DNA of 64,000 nt from Oligoflexia bacterium (GTDB taxonomy: Bacteria > Bdellovibrionota > UBA1018), in assembly GCA_963758495.1 (NCBI GenBank), contig CAVWVI010000003.1:1568001-1632000 (forward strand). The letters run 5' to 3'. Both the position numbers and the translations under genes were made by a program. Position 1 is the first letter of the stretch, and every line of letters begins with the position of its first letter. A model generated the notes under the pieces. That model saw only the letters and a program-made list of their open reading frames with translations. It was not told the DNA's origin and searched no databases. Below, in pieces: positions 19,058 through 29,124 of this stretch.

Positions 19058-20659
19058 ATGATCAGTACCTCTGGAGTAAGTTTAAGTTACGGAAGTCATA
19101 AGTTATTTGACGATGTGAATATTAAGTTCGTGCCGGGCAACTGTTATGGACTTATCGGTGCGAATGGTGCGGGAAAGTCCACCTTCTTGAAGATTCTTTC
19201 AGGAGAAAACTCCTCTTACCAAGGGACGGTTACGGTTACTCCTGGAGAAAGAATTTCATTTCTCCGCCAAGATCATTTTACTTTCGATGACATTCCAGTA
19301 CTCAAGACAGTCATTCAGGGGCAGCCTCGTCTAAACGAAATTATTGCCGAAAAAGACGCACTTTATGCAAAAGCTAACTTTACGGATGCTGACGGCGTTC
19401 GAGCAGGAGAGCTTGAAGGGGCTTTTGCTGAGTTGCGAGGATGGGAAGCAGAAAGTGATGCTGCCGTGCTTCTTGCCGGCTTAGGAATTGGGACTGCACT
19501 TCATGATAAATTGATGCGTGAATTGCGCGATACAGAGAAACTCAAAGTTCTCCTCGCTCAGGCGCTTTTTGGTCAACCCGACATTCTTCTTCTAGATGAG
19601 CCCACGAATCATTTGGATATACCATCGATTCGCTGGCTTGAGTCGTTTCTACTCGAATATGACAAAACTGTGATCGTTGTTTCCCATGATCGTCACTTCC
19701 TGAATCAGGTATGTACTCATATGGCAGACATCGACTTTGGAAGAATTCAACTTTACACAGGTAATTACGAATTTTGGTATGAATCAAGCCAGCTCGCGCT
19801 TAAACAGATGCAGGAAAAAAATAAGAAAGTTCAAGATAAAGCAGAGGAATTAAAGGCTTTCATCGCTCGATTTAGTGCGAATGCTTCAAAATCACGCCAA
19901 GCTACCTCTAGAAAGAAACAACTCGAGAAGTTGACATTAGAAGATATTAAGCCTTCCTCAAGAAAATATCCGTTTGTTGGATTTAAAGCTGAGCGTGAAG
20001 CGGGGGATCAGTTACTCAGAGTTGAAAATATTTCTAAGTCAATTGATGGTGTAAAAATACTAGATCGTATTAGTTTTACATTAAGAAAAGGTGATAAAAC
20101 AGTATTTATTGGCGATACAGAGCTTGCAGTAACTACTTTTTTTAACATTCTTGAAGGAGAAACCGCTCCAGATAGCGGGACCTTAAATTGGGGGGTGACT
20201 ACGACCCGTTCTTATTTTCCAAAGGACAATGCAAAGTACTTTGAAGGAGCTGACCTCAATTTAATCGATTGGCTCCGTCAATATTCCTCTGATCAAAATG
20301 AAAATTTTGTACGGGGATTTCTGGGACGTATGCTTTTCTCAGGCGATGAGGCGACGAAAAAAACCAAGGTGCTTTCAGGAGGTGAGCGAGTGAGATGCAT
20401 GCTTGCTCGAATGATGTTAAGTGGTTCAAATGTGCTCATCCTGGATGGCCCCACCAATCACTTAGATCTTGAGTCGATTACCTCTGTCAATAATGGTCTC
20501 ATTCGATTTACAGGTACAGTCCTTTTTTCTTCCCATGATCAACAATTTATTCAAACTGTCGCAAATCGAGTTATTGAGGTCGGTTCAAGTGGCGTGGTAG
20601 ATCAAGAAAAGTCATATGAGGAATATCTAGCAGAAAAACTAAGTTCTTCTAAATCCTAA
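19058..20659 (+). CDS. ABC-F family ATPase (YbiT-like)
   Basis: GLIGANGAGKST, LLLDEPTNHLD, VSHDRHFLN, LSGGE; two ABC domains, no TM. Confidence 0.92.
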   Translation: MISTSGVSLSYGSHKLFDDVNIKFVPGNCYGLIGANGAGKSTFLKILSGENSSYQGTVTVTPGERISFLRQDHFTFDDIPVLKTVIQGQPRLNEIIAEKDALYAKANFTDADGVRAGELEGAFAELRGWEAESDAAVLLAGLGIGTALHDKLMRELRDTEKLKVLLAQALFGQPDILLLDEPTNHLDIPSIRWLESFLLEYDKTVIVVSHDRHFLNQVCTHMADIDFGRIQLYTGNYEFWYESSQLALKQMQEKNKKVQDKAEELKAFIARFSANASKSRQATSRKKQLEKLTLEDIKPSSRKYPFVGFKAEREAGDQLLRVENISKSIDGVKILDRISFTLRKGDKTVFIGDTELAVTTFFNILEGETAPDSGTLNWGVTTTRSYFPKDNAKYFEGADLNLIDWLRQYSSDQNENFVRGFLGRMLFSGDEATKKTKVLSGGERVRCMLARMMLSGSNVLILDGPTNHLDLESITSVNNGLIRFTGTVLFSSHDQQFIQTVANRVIEVGSSGVVDQEKSYEEYLAEKLSSSKS

Positions 20660-20668
20660 GCAAGGCAT

Positions 20669-21316
20669 TTAAGCTGTTTTTCGGGTGCTATCCTTCATCG
20701 TGAGAAGGTGGATCACTTCGTCTTCTGTTAATTGTGAAAATTCTTCGTAGAAATTTCCTACTGCACCAAAATACTCTGGAACATCAAGTACGACTAAATC
20801 ATCTACGTGTTGACTTAAAAGCTCCACTGCCTCTTGAGATGCGACAGGCACTGCTACGACAATTTTACGAGGATTGACTTCTCGAATGGTTCTCACTGCT
20901 GCTAGCATTGTTGAACCTGTAGCAAGACCATCATCCACGATGATGGCAGTACGCCCCTTCAAGTCATTGAAGGCTAGAAGCGGCTTATAAAGCTGCCGTC
21001 GACGTTTCAGGATTTCTAACTCATTCTTTGCCGTTTCCCGAATATAGGCTTTCGGAATATTATAAATTTCTGCTGCTTTTGAAACATAAACATCTCCAAA
21101 CTCAGTAACTGAGCCAATCGCAAATTCAGGAATTCCTGGAGCACCAATCTTATGAACTAATACGACATTGAGATCCCCTTGCAATTGATCAGCTATAATC
21201 CTTGCCATAGGAACCGCTCCTCTAGGTATGGCAAGGATCATAGGCTTTTCATCTCCATAGCGTCTAAGGCGCTCACTGAGTTGATATGCGGCGTCTTCTC
21301 TGTTCTTAAATATCAT
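20669..21316 (-). CDS. Phosphoribosyltransferase family protein
   Basis: FKNREDAA, LAIPRGAVP, IIVDDGLATGST, AVGNFYEEF. Confidence 0.88.
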   Translation of the reverse strand: MIFKNREDAAYQLSERLRRYGDEKPMILAIPRGAVPMARIIADQLQGDLNVVLVHKIGAPGIPEFAIGSVTEFGDVYVSKAAEIYNIPKAYIRETAKNELEILKRRRQLYKPLLAFNDLKGRTAIIVDDGLATGSTMLAAVRTIREVNPRKIVVAVPVASQEAVELLSQHVDDLVVLDVPEYFGAVGNFYEEFSQLTEDEVIHLLTMKDSTRKTA

Positions 21317-21327
21317 AGTGATATATT

Positions 21328-21343
21328 TGCATTCAATATACCG
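21328..21343 (-). promoter_or_regulatory. Possible sigma54 promoter for the PRT gene
   Basis: Minus strand CGGTATATTGAATGCA, GG-N10-GC; predicted start within 1-2 nt of the ATG. Confidence 0.45.
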
Positions 21344-21364
21344 TCATGGAACAGGCTTAAGCTA

Positions 21365-23095
21365 TCAACGAATACCGAATCTTAGACTCCCCCTCTCGAC
21401 AGGAGGCTGAAGACGCGAATAGTATTCTTCGAACAGCGCTCTTTGTATTTGTGCTCGAGCGATACGATACGCAGCAATAGTGTCATTTACTTTAAGTTTA
21501 AATGGGTAGTAAACATTTAAAAACCACTGCAAATTACCCGCATTTGTATGAACTTCTTGTTGTGTCTTAGCGTTCATAATGGTCTCATATAGGAGAGCTT
21601 CACGGGTTTCGATCATTTTGATTCCAGGTTTTGCCACTTGATAGGTCTGAATTGCATAATTATAATTAAATACAGCATTTTCAGCCTTGGTTGCAACTGC
21701 GCTTTGAGTCTTTGTTCGTGTTACCATGAGTTCTTGGATAAAAGCGTTTGCTTTTGCAATATACGGAACTAGACTTACGCTGATACTTTGGTAGGGGAGT
21801 ACATCTGGATCTGTCCAATTAAAGTAAAATTCATTCCGCTGTTGTTGGGCATTATCAATCAGATAATCGAGCTGACGCAATTCAAGTGAGCGTTCAATCG
21901 CGAGTTGCACAAGGTCATTTTGTTCCTCTGGAGTTACTTCTTTGGCATTATCAATTGAATCATCATTTTCCTCTAGATCTATATCCAATACAGCCAGAGG
22001 ATTTTGAAATCCCATGGTCATTGATAGAGCGGTTTTATCAAGAACGAGTGCATTTTCGAGCCGATTTTCTTCTAGTTTCACGAAACTGAGAATAGGGCCT
22101 AATCGAAATGTGAGCTCATCAAACTCAGTCCCAATCTTTCCTAAGTCTTCGCCAGCAAGATCGACTAAATGGGTTCGTACGAGTTTGTATCGTTCAAAAT
22201 TCTGTTTGTAAAATGTATCGCTTATCCGATCTCGAGCATAGGTATAGGAGACACTTGCCACTTGGTATGCCAAGTCTGCTCTGAGAATGTCCATTGTTAA
22301 TTTCTCAGCTTCGTTAAGATCCTTTGCTTCTGTGACTTTCATCCAACGAGTAGGAATTAAGAATGGAATAAAGTCTGCAAAATATATTGGAATTGAGGCT
22401 GGATTTAGACTTGCCAATGTGAACAGATCTTTGAAATAAAAATGGGGAACTAAGTTATAATAAGAGGCTCGAGCGGCTTCTTTTGCTTCAATTACCCGTT
22501 GATATTCAATCCGAGAATCAAAACTCCTTGCCATGGCAATCTCAATCGCTTCTGAAAGTTTAAAGCTTTTAGGATCTTCAAAGACCACTGGTTTCTGCTC
22601 TGCGGAGAGGTACCCTGTAAGGGCAAAAGTCAAGGATTTGTCAATTGGGTTTGTGGCGTTTATAATAAATTCTGTCTTTGCAAAGCAAGCGGATAAACTA
22701 TATTTCCCGCTACCTAGATAGCATTTCCAATCGTTATTTTTCTTACTCTGTTGTGCTGCTGGTACTAGCTGATAGATGTCTTGACCCAGAGTTGGAATTT
22801 TTACCTTAATTTGATCATGATGCTTATTCCATATTACATCGATGGATTCAATTTTTTGGTGATGAGCATCCTCAATTGCCACGTGAGCGGAATATTTTTT
22901 ATCAAAAGTAATTTGTATCCGAACATTTTGTTTGAATAGTTGGCCATCATTTTTTTTAAATAACGTGCCTCCATACAGGCCAGTATCCAGATTGGGTTTG
23001 CAGGAAATCAGTACCTGTGAAAAAATAAAAATCCAGCCTAATTTGAAAATAGACCGAGATTTCGCCTTGAATTGTAGTTGTTGCGACATACCCAC
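21365..23095 (-). CDS. TolC-like outer-membrane efflux protein, lipoprotein with extra N-terminal domain
   Basis: Lipobox-like LISC; LSEAIEIAMARS and LVQLAIERSLELRQ duplicated helical repeats typical of TolC. Confidence 0.6.
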   Translation of the reverse strand: MGMSQQLQFKAKSRSIFKLGWIFIFSQVLISCKPNLDTGLYGGTLFKKNDGQLFKQNVRIQITFDKKYSAHVAIEDAHHQKIESIDVIWNKHHDQIKVKIPTLGQDIYQLVPAAQQSKKNNDWKCYLGSGKYSLSACFAKTEFIINATNPIDKSLTFALTGYLSAEQKPVVFEDPKSFKLSEAIEIAMARSFDSRIEYQRVIEAKEAARASYYNLVPHFYFKDLFTLASLNPASIPIYFADFIPFLIPTRWMKVTEAKDLNEAEKLTMDILRADLAYQVASVSYTYARDRISDTFYKQNFERYKLVRTHLVDLAGEDLGKIGTEFDELTFRLGPILSFVKLEENRLENALVLDKTALSMTMGFQNPLAVLDIDLEENDDSIDNAKEVTPEEQNDLVQLAIERSLELRQLDYLIDNAQQQRNEFYFNWTDPDVLPYQSISVSLVPYIAKANAFIQELMVTRTKTQSAVATKAENAVFNYNYAIQTYQVAKPGIKMIETREALLYETIMNAKTQQEVHTNAGNLQWFLNVYYPFKLKVNDTIAAYRIARAQIQRALFEEYYSRLQPPVERGSLRFGIR

Positions 23096-23241
23096 TTCCC
23101 TTCACTTTGTAGCCCCTTATCGATGAAAATCCTTTTTAGTGCCGTCGAATCGGTTCAAAGTCAATAAGTCTTTTTTAAGAATTTAATTTAGGCAAAGTTT
23201 TTCGAAAAGACTGGAAGTTTCGGGAAAAGTGGAGCTCAGAA

Positions 23242-23604
23242 TCAGCCTTTGGACTTAATCCCTTCTTTTTCAAGTAACGGTCTGATCAAATCTCTTTTAT
23301 CCCCCTGAATTTCAATCATGCCTTCTTTGCCATCCATCAAATAGGTGCCTCCAGAACCACATTTCTTTTTTAATGATGTAGTCAGATTTTTCAAAAATTT
23401 TTCATTTTTAGGAAGTTGGTCAATGACAGTCACAGTTTTTCCTCCACGTCCTGTTTTCTCCATTCTCAGGACAGCGACAAATTTATAAGACTTTGGATTG
23501 ACCTTTGGAGTGCATATGCACTCGGATCGCAACTCTTTGCATTTTAAGCATTTTTGATTCAATTCCGGGTCGGTAGAATACACAAGACGTGTGTTTTTTG
23601 TCAT
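23242..23604 (-). CDS. yciH: SUI1/eIF1-like translation factor
   Basis: LVYSTD, GRGGKTVTVI, LKKKCGSGGT, IEIQGD. Confidence 0.9.
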   Translation of the reverse strand: MTKNTRLVYSTDPELNQKCLKCKELRSECICTPKVNPKSYKFVAVLRMEKTGRGGKTVTVIDQLPKNEKFLKNLTTSLKKKCGSGGTYLMDGKEGMIEIQGDKRDLIRPLLEKEGIKSKG

Positions 23605-23676
23605 ATTTCAAATCTTTCCTTAAATAATTAAAAACTGATATTATTTATTATGTCATCTATTCCGGGGGGACTATCA

Positions 23677-24504
23677 ATGACTTTGAGTCGTATTTTCATT
23701 TTATTGTGCCTTTTTATTTCAGCAACCGTGTCCGCAAATAGTCGTACACTTTTGGATAGGTTAGCGCTTTATCCAAGTACTCAGGCGCTGAGGGAGGGAT
23801 CAACAGAGCGGAAAATATTGCCCTCAGGGTTAGAGGTGTGGATTCATCGACGTGCAGCATTGATTGGTACAAATGATATAAGACACTTCTCTATTATTCA
23901 TTTTATTGGCAATGCTTCCCGTGCAGAAGTTGAGACTCCAGGTATCAATATTATGCAACTATTTCCAGACGATATTGAACTGGAAGTTTGGTCAGTTAAT
24001 TATCCAGGTTATGGAGGCAGTCCAGGAGAGGCAACTTTTGCTTCGTTTGCTCCCAGCGCCTTAGAGGTTTATGATCATTTAGCAAAAACGACCGAAGATT
24101 CAAATATTCTCATCAGTGGAACAAGCATTGGTAGTTTAGCAGCTCTTTATCTTGCTTCTGAGCGTCCTGTGAACGCTTTGATTCTGCGTAATCCAGTGCC
24201 TTTAAAAGAACTTATTTTAGAGAATTACGGCTGGTGGAATCTATGGTTATTTGCAGGACCAGTATCGTTGCAGATACCGCCTCAACTGAATACGATTCGA
24301 AACGCTGCCAAAACTCATATTCCAGCACTTTTTCTGACCTCTCAAAATGATTCCCTCATACCTACTCATCTTCAACAAAAAATAATAGATAATTACAAGG
24401 GTCCTTATCAGCATATTTTTATAGAGGGGATTGATCATAATGACTATATCCCAATAAAAGCATTCCCTAAAATTCAAGATGCATTAAAAGTTCTTTTAAA
24501 ATAG
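23677..24504 (+). CDS. Secreted alpha/beta hydrolase
   Basis: Signal peptide, NYPGYGGS, GTSIG nucleophile elbow, D and H (HND) triad candidates. Confidence 0.85.
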   Translation: MTLSRIFILLCLFISATVSANSRTLLDRLALYPSTQALREGSTERKILPSGLEVWIHRRAALIGTNDIRHFSIIHFIGNASRAEVETPGINIMQLFPDDIELEVWSVNYPGYGGSPGEATFASFAPSALEVYDHLAKTTEDSNILISGTSIGSLAALYLASERPVNALILRNPVPLKELILENYGWWNLWLFAGPVSLQIPPQLNTIRNAAKTHIPALFLTSQNDSLIPTHLQQKIIDNYKGPYQHIFIEGIDHNDYIPIKAFPKIQDALKVLLK

Positions 24505-24533
24505 TGGGATTTTGAGCAACTTTTAAAGTTTCA

Positions 24534-25994
24534 TCAAATGATGAGATCTGCGGCAAAGAAATTGTCACTTGCATATTGAACTTCGTAATGAGTACCGTTT
24601 AGGCAATAAAGCGCACTTCCAGTTGTGGTGGTATTGCTGACGGAATGTAGGCCTAACACCATAGCCTGCCGATCCGACGTGCCCTCTGTTCTTTTGTTTT
24701 GGATGGTTTGTGTCATAGTATTGAAGCGCTTTTTTGAAGTAAGATCACAAATACTTCCTCGTATAATTTCTCCGTTCCCATCATTGACTGCATGATTAGT
24801 AACCACAAAGAAACCATTTTGGTTCAGGTATCTGGGAAAATAGTATTCCTTTTCATTAGTGTAGAATTGAAAATTTATTGCAGACTTCTGATCTGCTACA
24901 ATCAAATGATGAGAGGACGCTGGGCGATTCATTCCTTGGAGATTGTCGATGAATATTTTTACCTCTTCTACGGTATTACAGGTCTCGACTATGGTACGAG
25001 CCAGCAAATGATAAGGAACACCCTCTCGTGATGTTGCTCCCATTTCATTGATAATCGCAATGAGCCCGGAACTACTATGCGCTGTCAATGCTCCAATAAA
25101 TCCGGGGAATGTGTGTGATTCAATTTTCTTACCAGACGGCGTAGGATGTCGACGAATCAGGGAGAAAGCCCCCATCATTCCCATGGATAACCAGTCCAAA
25201 GTCCGACCTACGGTCATGGCTTGGGTACTCTTAATAACAGCGGTGCTACAGCCTATCGAGAGGTGGAATTTTTTTATACCTAGAACGCTTTGACAGCCAA
25301 TTGCTTTATAAACATTTGAAAATTTGTGGACTCGATCTAGGTCTTTTTCCCTGATTTTTACTTTTATTCCCGCGCGGGCTGAATACTCCTTAATACCAGC
25401 TAATATACCATCAAACTCTGTCTGATAGTTTTTGGGGACAAGTATATTTTTAGATTTTTTATTAAAAATCTGGCCGCTATAGTCACCCTTAAGAATTCTG
25501 CATAGAAAAATCATGGGTGCTAAGAACCTTTGAGATAACTCTAAAATGTCTGGAGCAAGTAAAAAGCCATGTGCATACCCCATCTCGAAAGGGTCATGGG
25601 TTTTTAAATCCAAAATCAACTGTGAACGACCATTTAAATCATTTTCATATCGTAACTCCCCTAGGACCTTTCCTTGAGAATTGTGGCAAACCTGCTCTTT
25701 GACTTGTCTGTAGGAGTTCCAATGATATTTAATTCCTAATAAATAAAGTAAAGGCACAATAAATATGGAGATCGGAATGTGTCTCCAACGATAAAAAATT
25801 CCAAACAAAATGAAAATACCTAAATCTCCAATAACTCTTGTCAAAGGCTGTACGTTCAGTTGGAATAGATTACTTGCTACCATAATGAGGATGAGTAAAA
25901 TTCCAAAAGTAGAAATTAAAATCGAGAACTCATCAATTTGATTTAAAGTGTAATGGATATGTTTTTTCATGGATTCTGAAATTTTTGAAGACAT
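24534..25994 (-). CDS. Ntn-hydrolase (peptidase C45 / acid-ceramidase-like) with N-terminal TM helices
   Basis: MGYAHGFLL, GCST autocleavage site, GRTLDW, FPGFIGALT, TNH. Confidence 0.75.
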   Translation of the reverse strand: MSSKISESMKKHIHYTLNQIDEFSILISTFGILLILIMVASNLFQLNVQPLTRVIGDLGIFILFGIFYRWRHIPISIFIVPLLYLLGIKYHWNSYRQVKEQVCHNSQGKVLGELRYENDLNGRSQLILDLKTHDPFEMGYAHGFLLAPDILELSQRFLAPMIFLCRILKGDYSGQIFNKKSKNILVPKNYQTEFDGILAGIKEYSARAGIKVKIREKDLDRVHKFSNVYKAIGCQSVLGIKKFHLSIGCSTAVIKSTQAMTVGRTLDWLSMGMMGAFSLIRRHPTPSGKKIESHTFPGFIGALTAHSSSGLIAIINEMGATSREGVPYHLLARTIVETCNTVEEVKIFIDNLQGMNRPASSHHLIVADQKSAINFQFYTNEKEYYFPRYLNQNGFFVVTNHAVNDGNGEIIRGSICDLTSKKRFNTMTQTIQNKRTEGTSDRQAMVLGLHSVSNTTTTGSALYCLNGTHYEVQYASDNFFAADLII

Positions 25995-26153
25995 GTTGAC
26001 TAGCCTCTCTATGCGAAGAATGGAATGTTTCCAACCTTATTTATAATACAACTCTTTGAGCGTTCGCCTTAATAATAATTTTTATTTATTTTTATCTATT
26101 TTCACGGTTTCGGTATGACTCTTTCAAGTCATTCAATCGGGAGGCATGTATAA

Positions 26154-28523
26154 ATGAGCCGAATCAGAAAAAATGACGACCCTATTCAAACTCTGCCCAT
26201 CTTACCTCTAAAAAGTTTCGTCCTCTTTCCTCAGCTTTTTGTCCCCCTTTCAGCTGGACGTTCTGGCTCACGAGCTGCTATTGAAGCCGCTCTGCGCAGT
26301 GAAGAAAAAACAATTGCGTTATTCACTCAAAAGGACCTAAAAATTGAACAGCCTCAGGATGGAGATATTTATGTAGTAGGCACCTTAGCAATCATAAAGA
26401 AAGTCACTCAGACAACAGAAGAAAATGTAAATCTAATCGTTCAGGGCGTCGAAAGGGTGGTGTTATTAAGACTTGAGCAGATGCAACCTTATTTAGTGGG
26501 TCGCATCCGGGGCTATCCAATTGAAAAAGAGGGCGCTCGCACAGAGATTGAAGCGCTTCGGCGTGCAGTTCTTGATCTTGCTACTCGAATTTTTCATTTG
26601 AGTCAGCCTCATACCTCATTGAACATTACAGAAATAGCAGATCAGGCAGGAAGTCCTTTGCACTTAGCTTATCTCCTCGCTTCAATGCTCAGTCTTGATA
26701 CGCAAAATGAACAAAATATATTGGAGGCCATGAGTACGACGGAAGCCCTTAGCTTGCTTTACAAATATATGAACCAAGAGGCCCAAGTTTTAGAATTACG
26801 TCAAAAAATAGCAACTCAAGCACAATCCGAAATGAATCGACAACAGCGGGAATACCTACTTCGACAACAACTTCGTGCTATTCAGGAAGAATTGGGCGAA
26901 GGTAATCCAGAAAAGGTCGAAATCGAAGAATTACGCAAAAAAATTTCTGAAGTGAATCTACCCGAAGAAGTTAAAAAAGAGGCAGAACGAGAATTACATC
27001 GCTTAGAACACTTGTCTCTCGCTGCTCCTGATTATCAAATTATACGAACGTATCTAGACTTTTTGCTCGATTTACCTTGGACTAAAAGTACAAATGATTT
27101 TATTGATTTGGCAATTGCTAGACGAGTACTGGATGAGGATCACTTTGATTTACAGGATATTAAAAATCGAATTCTAGAGCATTTAGCTGTACTCAAACTC
27201 AATCCTAAAGCAAAAGCTCCTATCATTTGCTTGGTGGGTCCCCCAGGAGTAGGTAAGACTTCGTTAGGACAGTCTATCGCTCGAGCCTTAGGTAGGGAAT
27301 TTGGTCGAATGAGTTTGGGTGGTTTACATGATGAGTCAGAACTCCGAGGACATCGCCGAACTTACATTGGAGCCATGCCAGGCCGGATACTCCAGGCAAT
27401 TCGACGCGCTGGAGTGAATAATCCACTCCTGATGTTTGATGAAGTGGATAAAATAGGGCGAGACTTTCGCGGAGACCCAGCCTCAGCGCTCTTAGAGATT
27501 TTAGATCCTGCTCAAAATTATGGATTTCGAGACAATTATCTAGATTTACCATTTGATCTATCTCGAATTTTTTTTATTACAACCGCCAATACACTAGATA
27601 CTGTTCCCGGCCCTCTTTTAGATAGAATGGAAACGTTAAGATTATCGGGGTACACTGAAGAAGAAAAATTCCAAATTGCTCGCCGATATTTGATTCCACG
27701 GAGACTTTCCGAGACGGGGTTAAAAGCAAGTGAACTTTTCATTCCTGATGAATCCCTCTTTTCAATCATTCGTAACTATACACGAGAAGCCGGCGTACGA
27801 GACCTTGAGAGAACTATTGGCAGAATAGCAAGCAAAGTGGCTCTTCAATTCGCAGAAGGAAAGTCTCAGGCTGTCAATTTGAAACCAGCAGATTTATCGG
27901 CCTTATTGGGATCTGAAAGATTTCGAACTGAAAAGGCGAGACAAGAGCTGCCTCCCGGAGTTGCTGTAGGATTGGCATGGACTCCGACTGGAGGAGAGGT
28001 TCTTTACGTGGAGTCAAGTCTCATTCCCAGGAGCGACGAACTCCGATTAACGGGTCAACTGGGTGATGTGATGCGGGAGTCAGCAAAAGCCGCACAAACC
28101 TATCTTATAGCTCATGCGGAAGAGTTCGGAATTGATCCGTCCATTTTTATAAATACTGGAGTTCATATTCACGTACCGTCAGGTGCAATTCCTAAAGATG
28201 GCCCATCTGCAGGTACTGCTATGATTGCATCTATGGCTTCAACTTTTATTAAAGTGCCTTGCCGAAATGATACGGCAATGACAGGAGAGATTACTCTGAG
28301 TGGGCTCGTTCTTCCAGTAGGAGGAGTGAAGGAAAAAGTACTCGCAGCGAGACGTGCAGGTATCCGTCGTATTATTTTACCTCGAGATAATGAAAAAGAT
28401 TTACAGGAACTCACAAAACAAGTTCAAGATGAGATCGAATTTATTTTAGTAGATAGAATTGAAAATGTTCTAACTGCTATCTTACCTGATTTGAAACTGC
28501 CTCTTCGTGCGATTGTTGCCTAA
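26154..28523 (+). CDS. lon: ATP-dependent Lon protease
   Basis: Lon N-domain, GPPGVGKT, RGHRRTYIGA, PKDGPSAG, GGVKEK; GGGAGG RBS. Confidence 0.97.
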   Translation: MSRIRKNDDPIQTLPILPLKSFVLFPQLFVPLSAGRSGSRAAIEAALRSEEKTIALFTQKDLKIEQPQDGDIYVVGTLAIIKKVTQTTEENVNLIVQGVERVVLLRLEQMQPYLVGRIRGYPIEKEGARTEIEALRRAVLDLATRIFHLSQPHTSLNITEIADQAGSPLHLAYLLASMLSLDTQNEQNILEAMSTTEALSLLYKYMNQEAQVLELRQKIATQAQSEMNRQQREYLLRQQLRAIQEELGEGNPEKVEIEELRKKISEVNLPEEVKKEAERELHRLEHLSLAAPDYQIIRTYLDFLLDLPWTKSTNDFIDLAIARRVLDEDHFDLQDIKNRILEHLAVLKLNPKAKAPIICLVGPPGVGKTSLGQSIARALGREFGRMSLGGLHDESELRGHRRTYIGAMPGRILQAIRRAGVNNPLLMFDEVDKIGRDFRGDPASALLEILDPAQNYGFRDNYLDLPFDLSRIFFITTANTLDTVPGPLLDRMETLRLSGYTEEEKFQIARRYLIPRRLSETGLKASELFIPDESLFSIIRNYTREAGVRDLERTIGRIASKVALQFAEGKSQAVNLKPADLSALLGSERFRTEKARQELPPGVAVGLAWTPTGGEVLYVESSLIPRSDELRLTGQLGDVMRESAKAAQTYLIAHAEEFGIDPSIFINTGVHIHVPSGAIPKDGPSAGTAMIASMASTFIKVPCRNDTAMTGEITLSGLVLPVGGVKEKVLAARRAGIRRIILPRDNEKDLQELTKQVQDEIEFILVDRIENVLTAILPDLKLPLRAIVA

Positions 28524-28534
28524 TTTCTTAGTTT

Positions 28535-29047
28535 CTAATCTCGCAGATAATGGCAAGTATATCCATCTGGGTTCTTTTGGAGATACTTCTGATGATACTC
28601 TTCAGCCGGATAAAACGGTGATGCTGGTATAATCTGAGTGACGATGGGGGCCTTCCATTTTCCTGATTGCTCAATGATTTCTTTGACTCTTAACGCAGTC
28701 TGTCTTTGTATTTCTGAATGGTAAAAGATCGCCGAACGATATTGACTGCCAGTGTCGTTTCCCTGTCGATTTTTGGTAGTTGGATCATGAAGCCGAAAAA
28801 AATACTTGAGAAGATCCTCGTAACTCAATGTTTGGGGATCAAAAATAATCTGGATTCCTTCTACATGGCCCGTATTCCCTTGCTTGACTCGATTATAGTT
28901 TGGATTTTCTAAGGACCCACCCGTATAGCCTACGGTGGTCTCCACGACTCCCTTGAGTTGTCTTAAAATCTCTTCCACTCCCCAAAAGCATCCTCCAGCC
29001 AGAGTAGCGGTTTCGTATTGAGGCGTAGACTCTTTAGAATTTTTCAT
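28535..29047 (-). CDS. msrA: Peptide-methionine (S)-S-oxide reductase
   Basis: GGCFWG, NRQGNDxGxQYRS, AEEYHQKY. Confidence 0.96.
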   Translation of the reverse strand: MKNSKESTPQYETATLAGGCFWGVEEILRQLKGVVETTVGYTGGSLENPNYNRVKQGNTGHVEGIQIIFDPQTLSYEDLLKYFFRLHDPTTKNRQGNDTGSQYRSAIFYHSEIQRQTALRVKEIIEQSGKWKAPIVTQIIPASPFYPAEEYHQKYLQKNPDGYTCHYLRD

Positions 29048-29124
29048 GATTCCCCCTTTCTGAGTTTCAGATTCTCAAAGAACAGATTATATGTTCTTTG
29101 CACTGTGAAAAGGAAATACAAATT

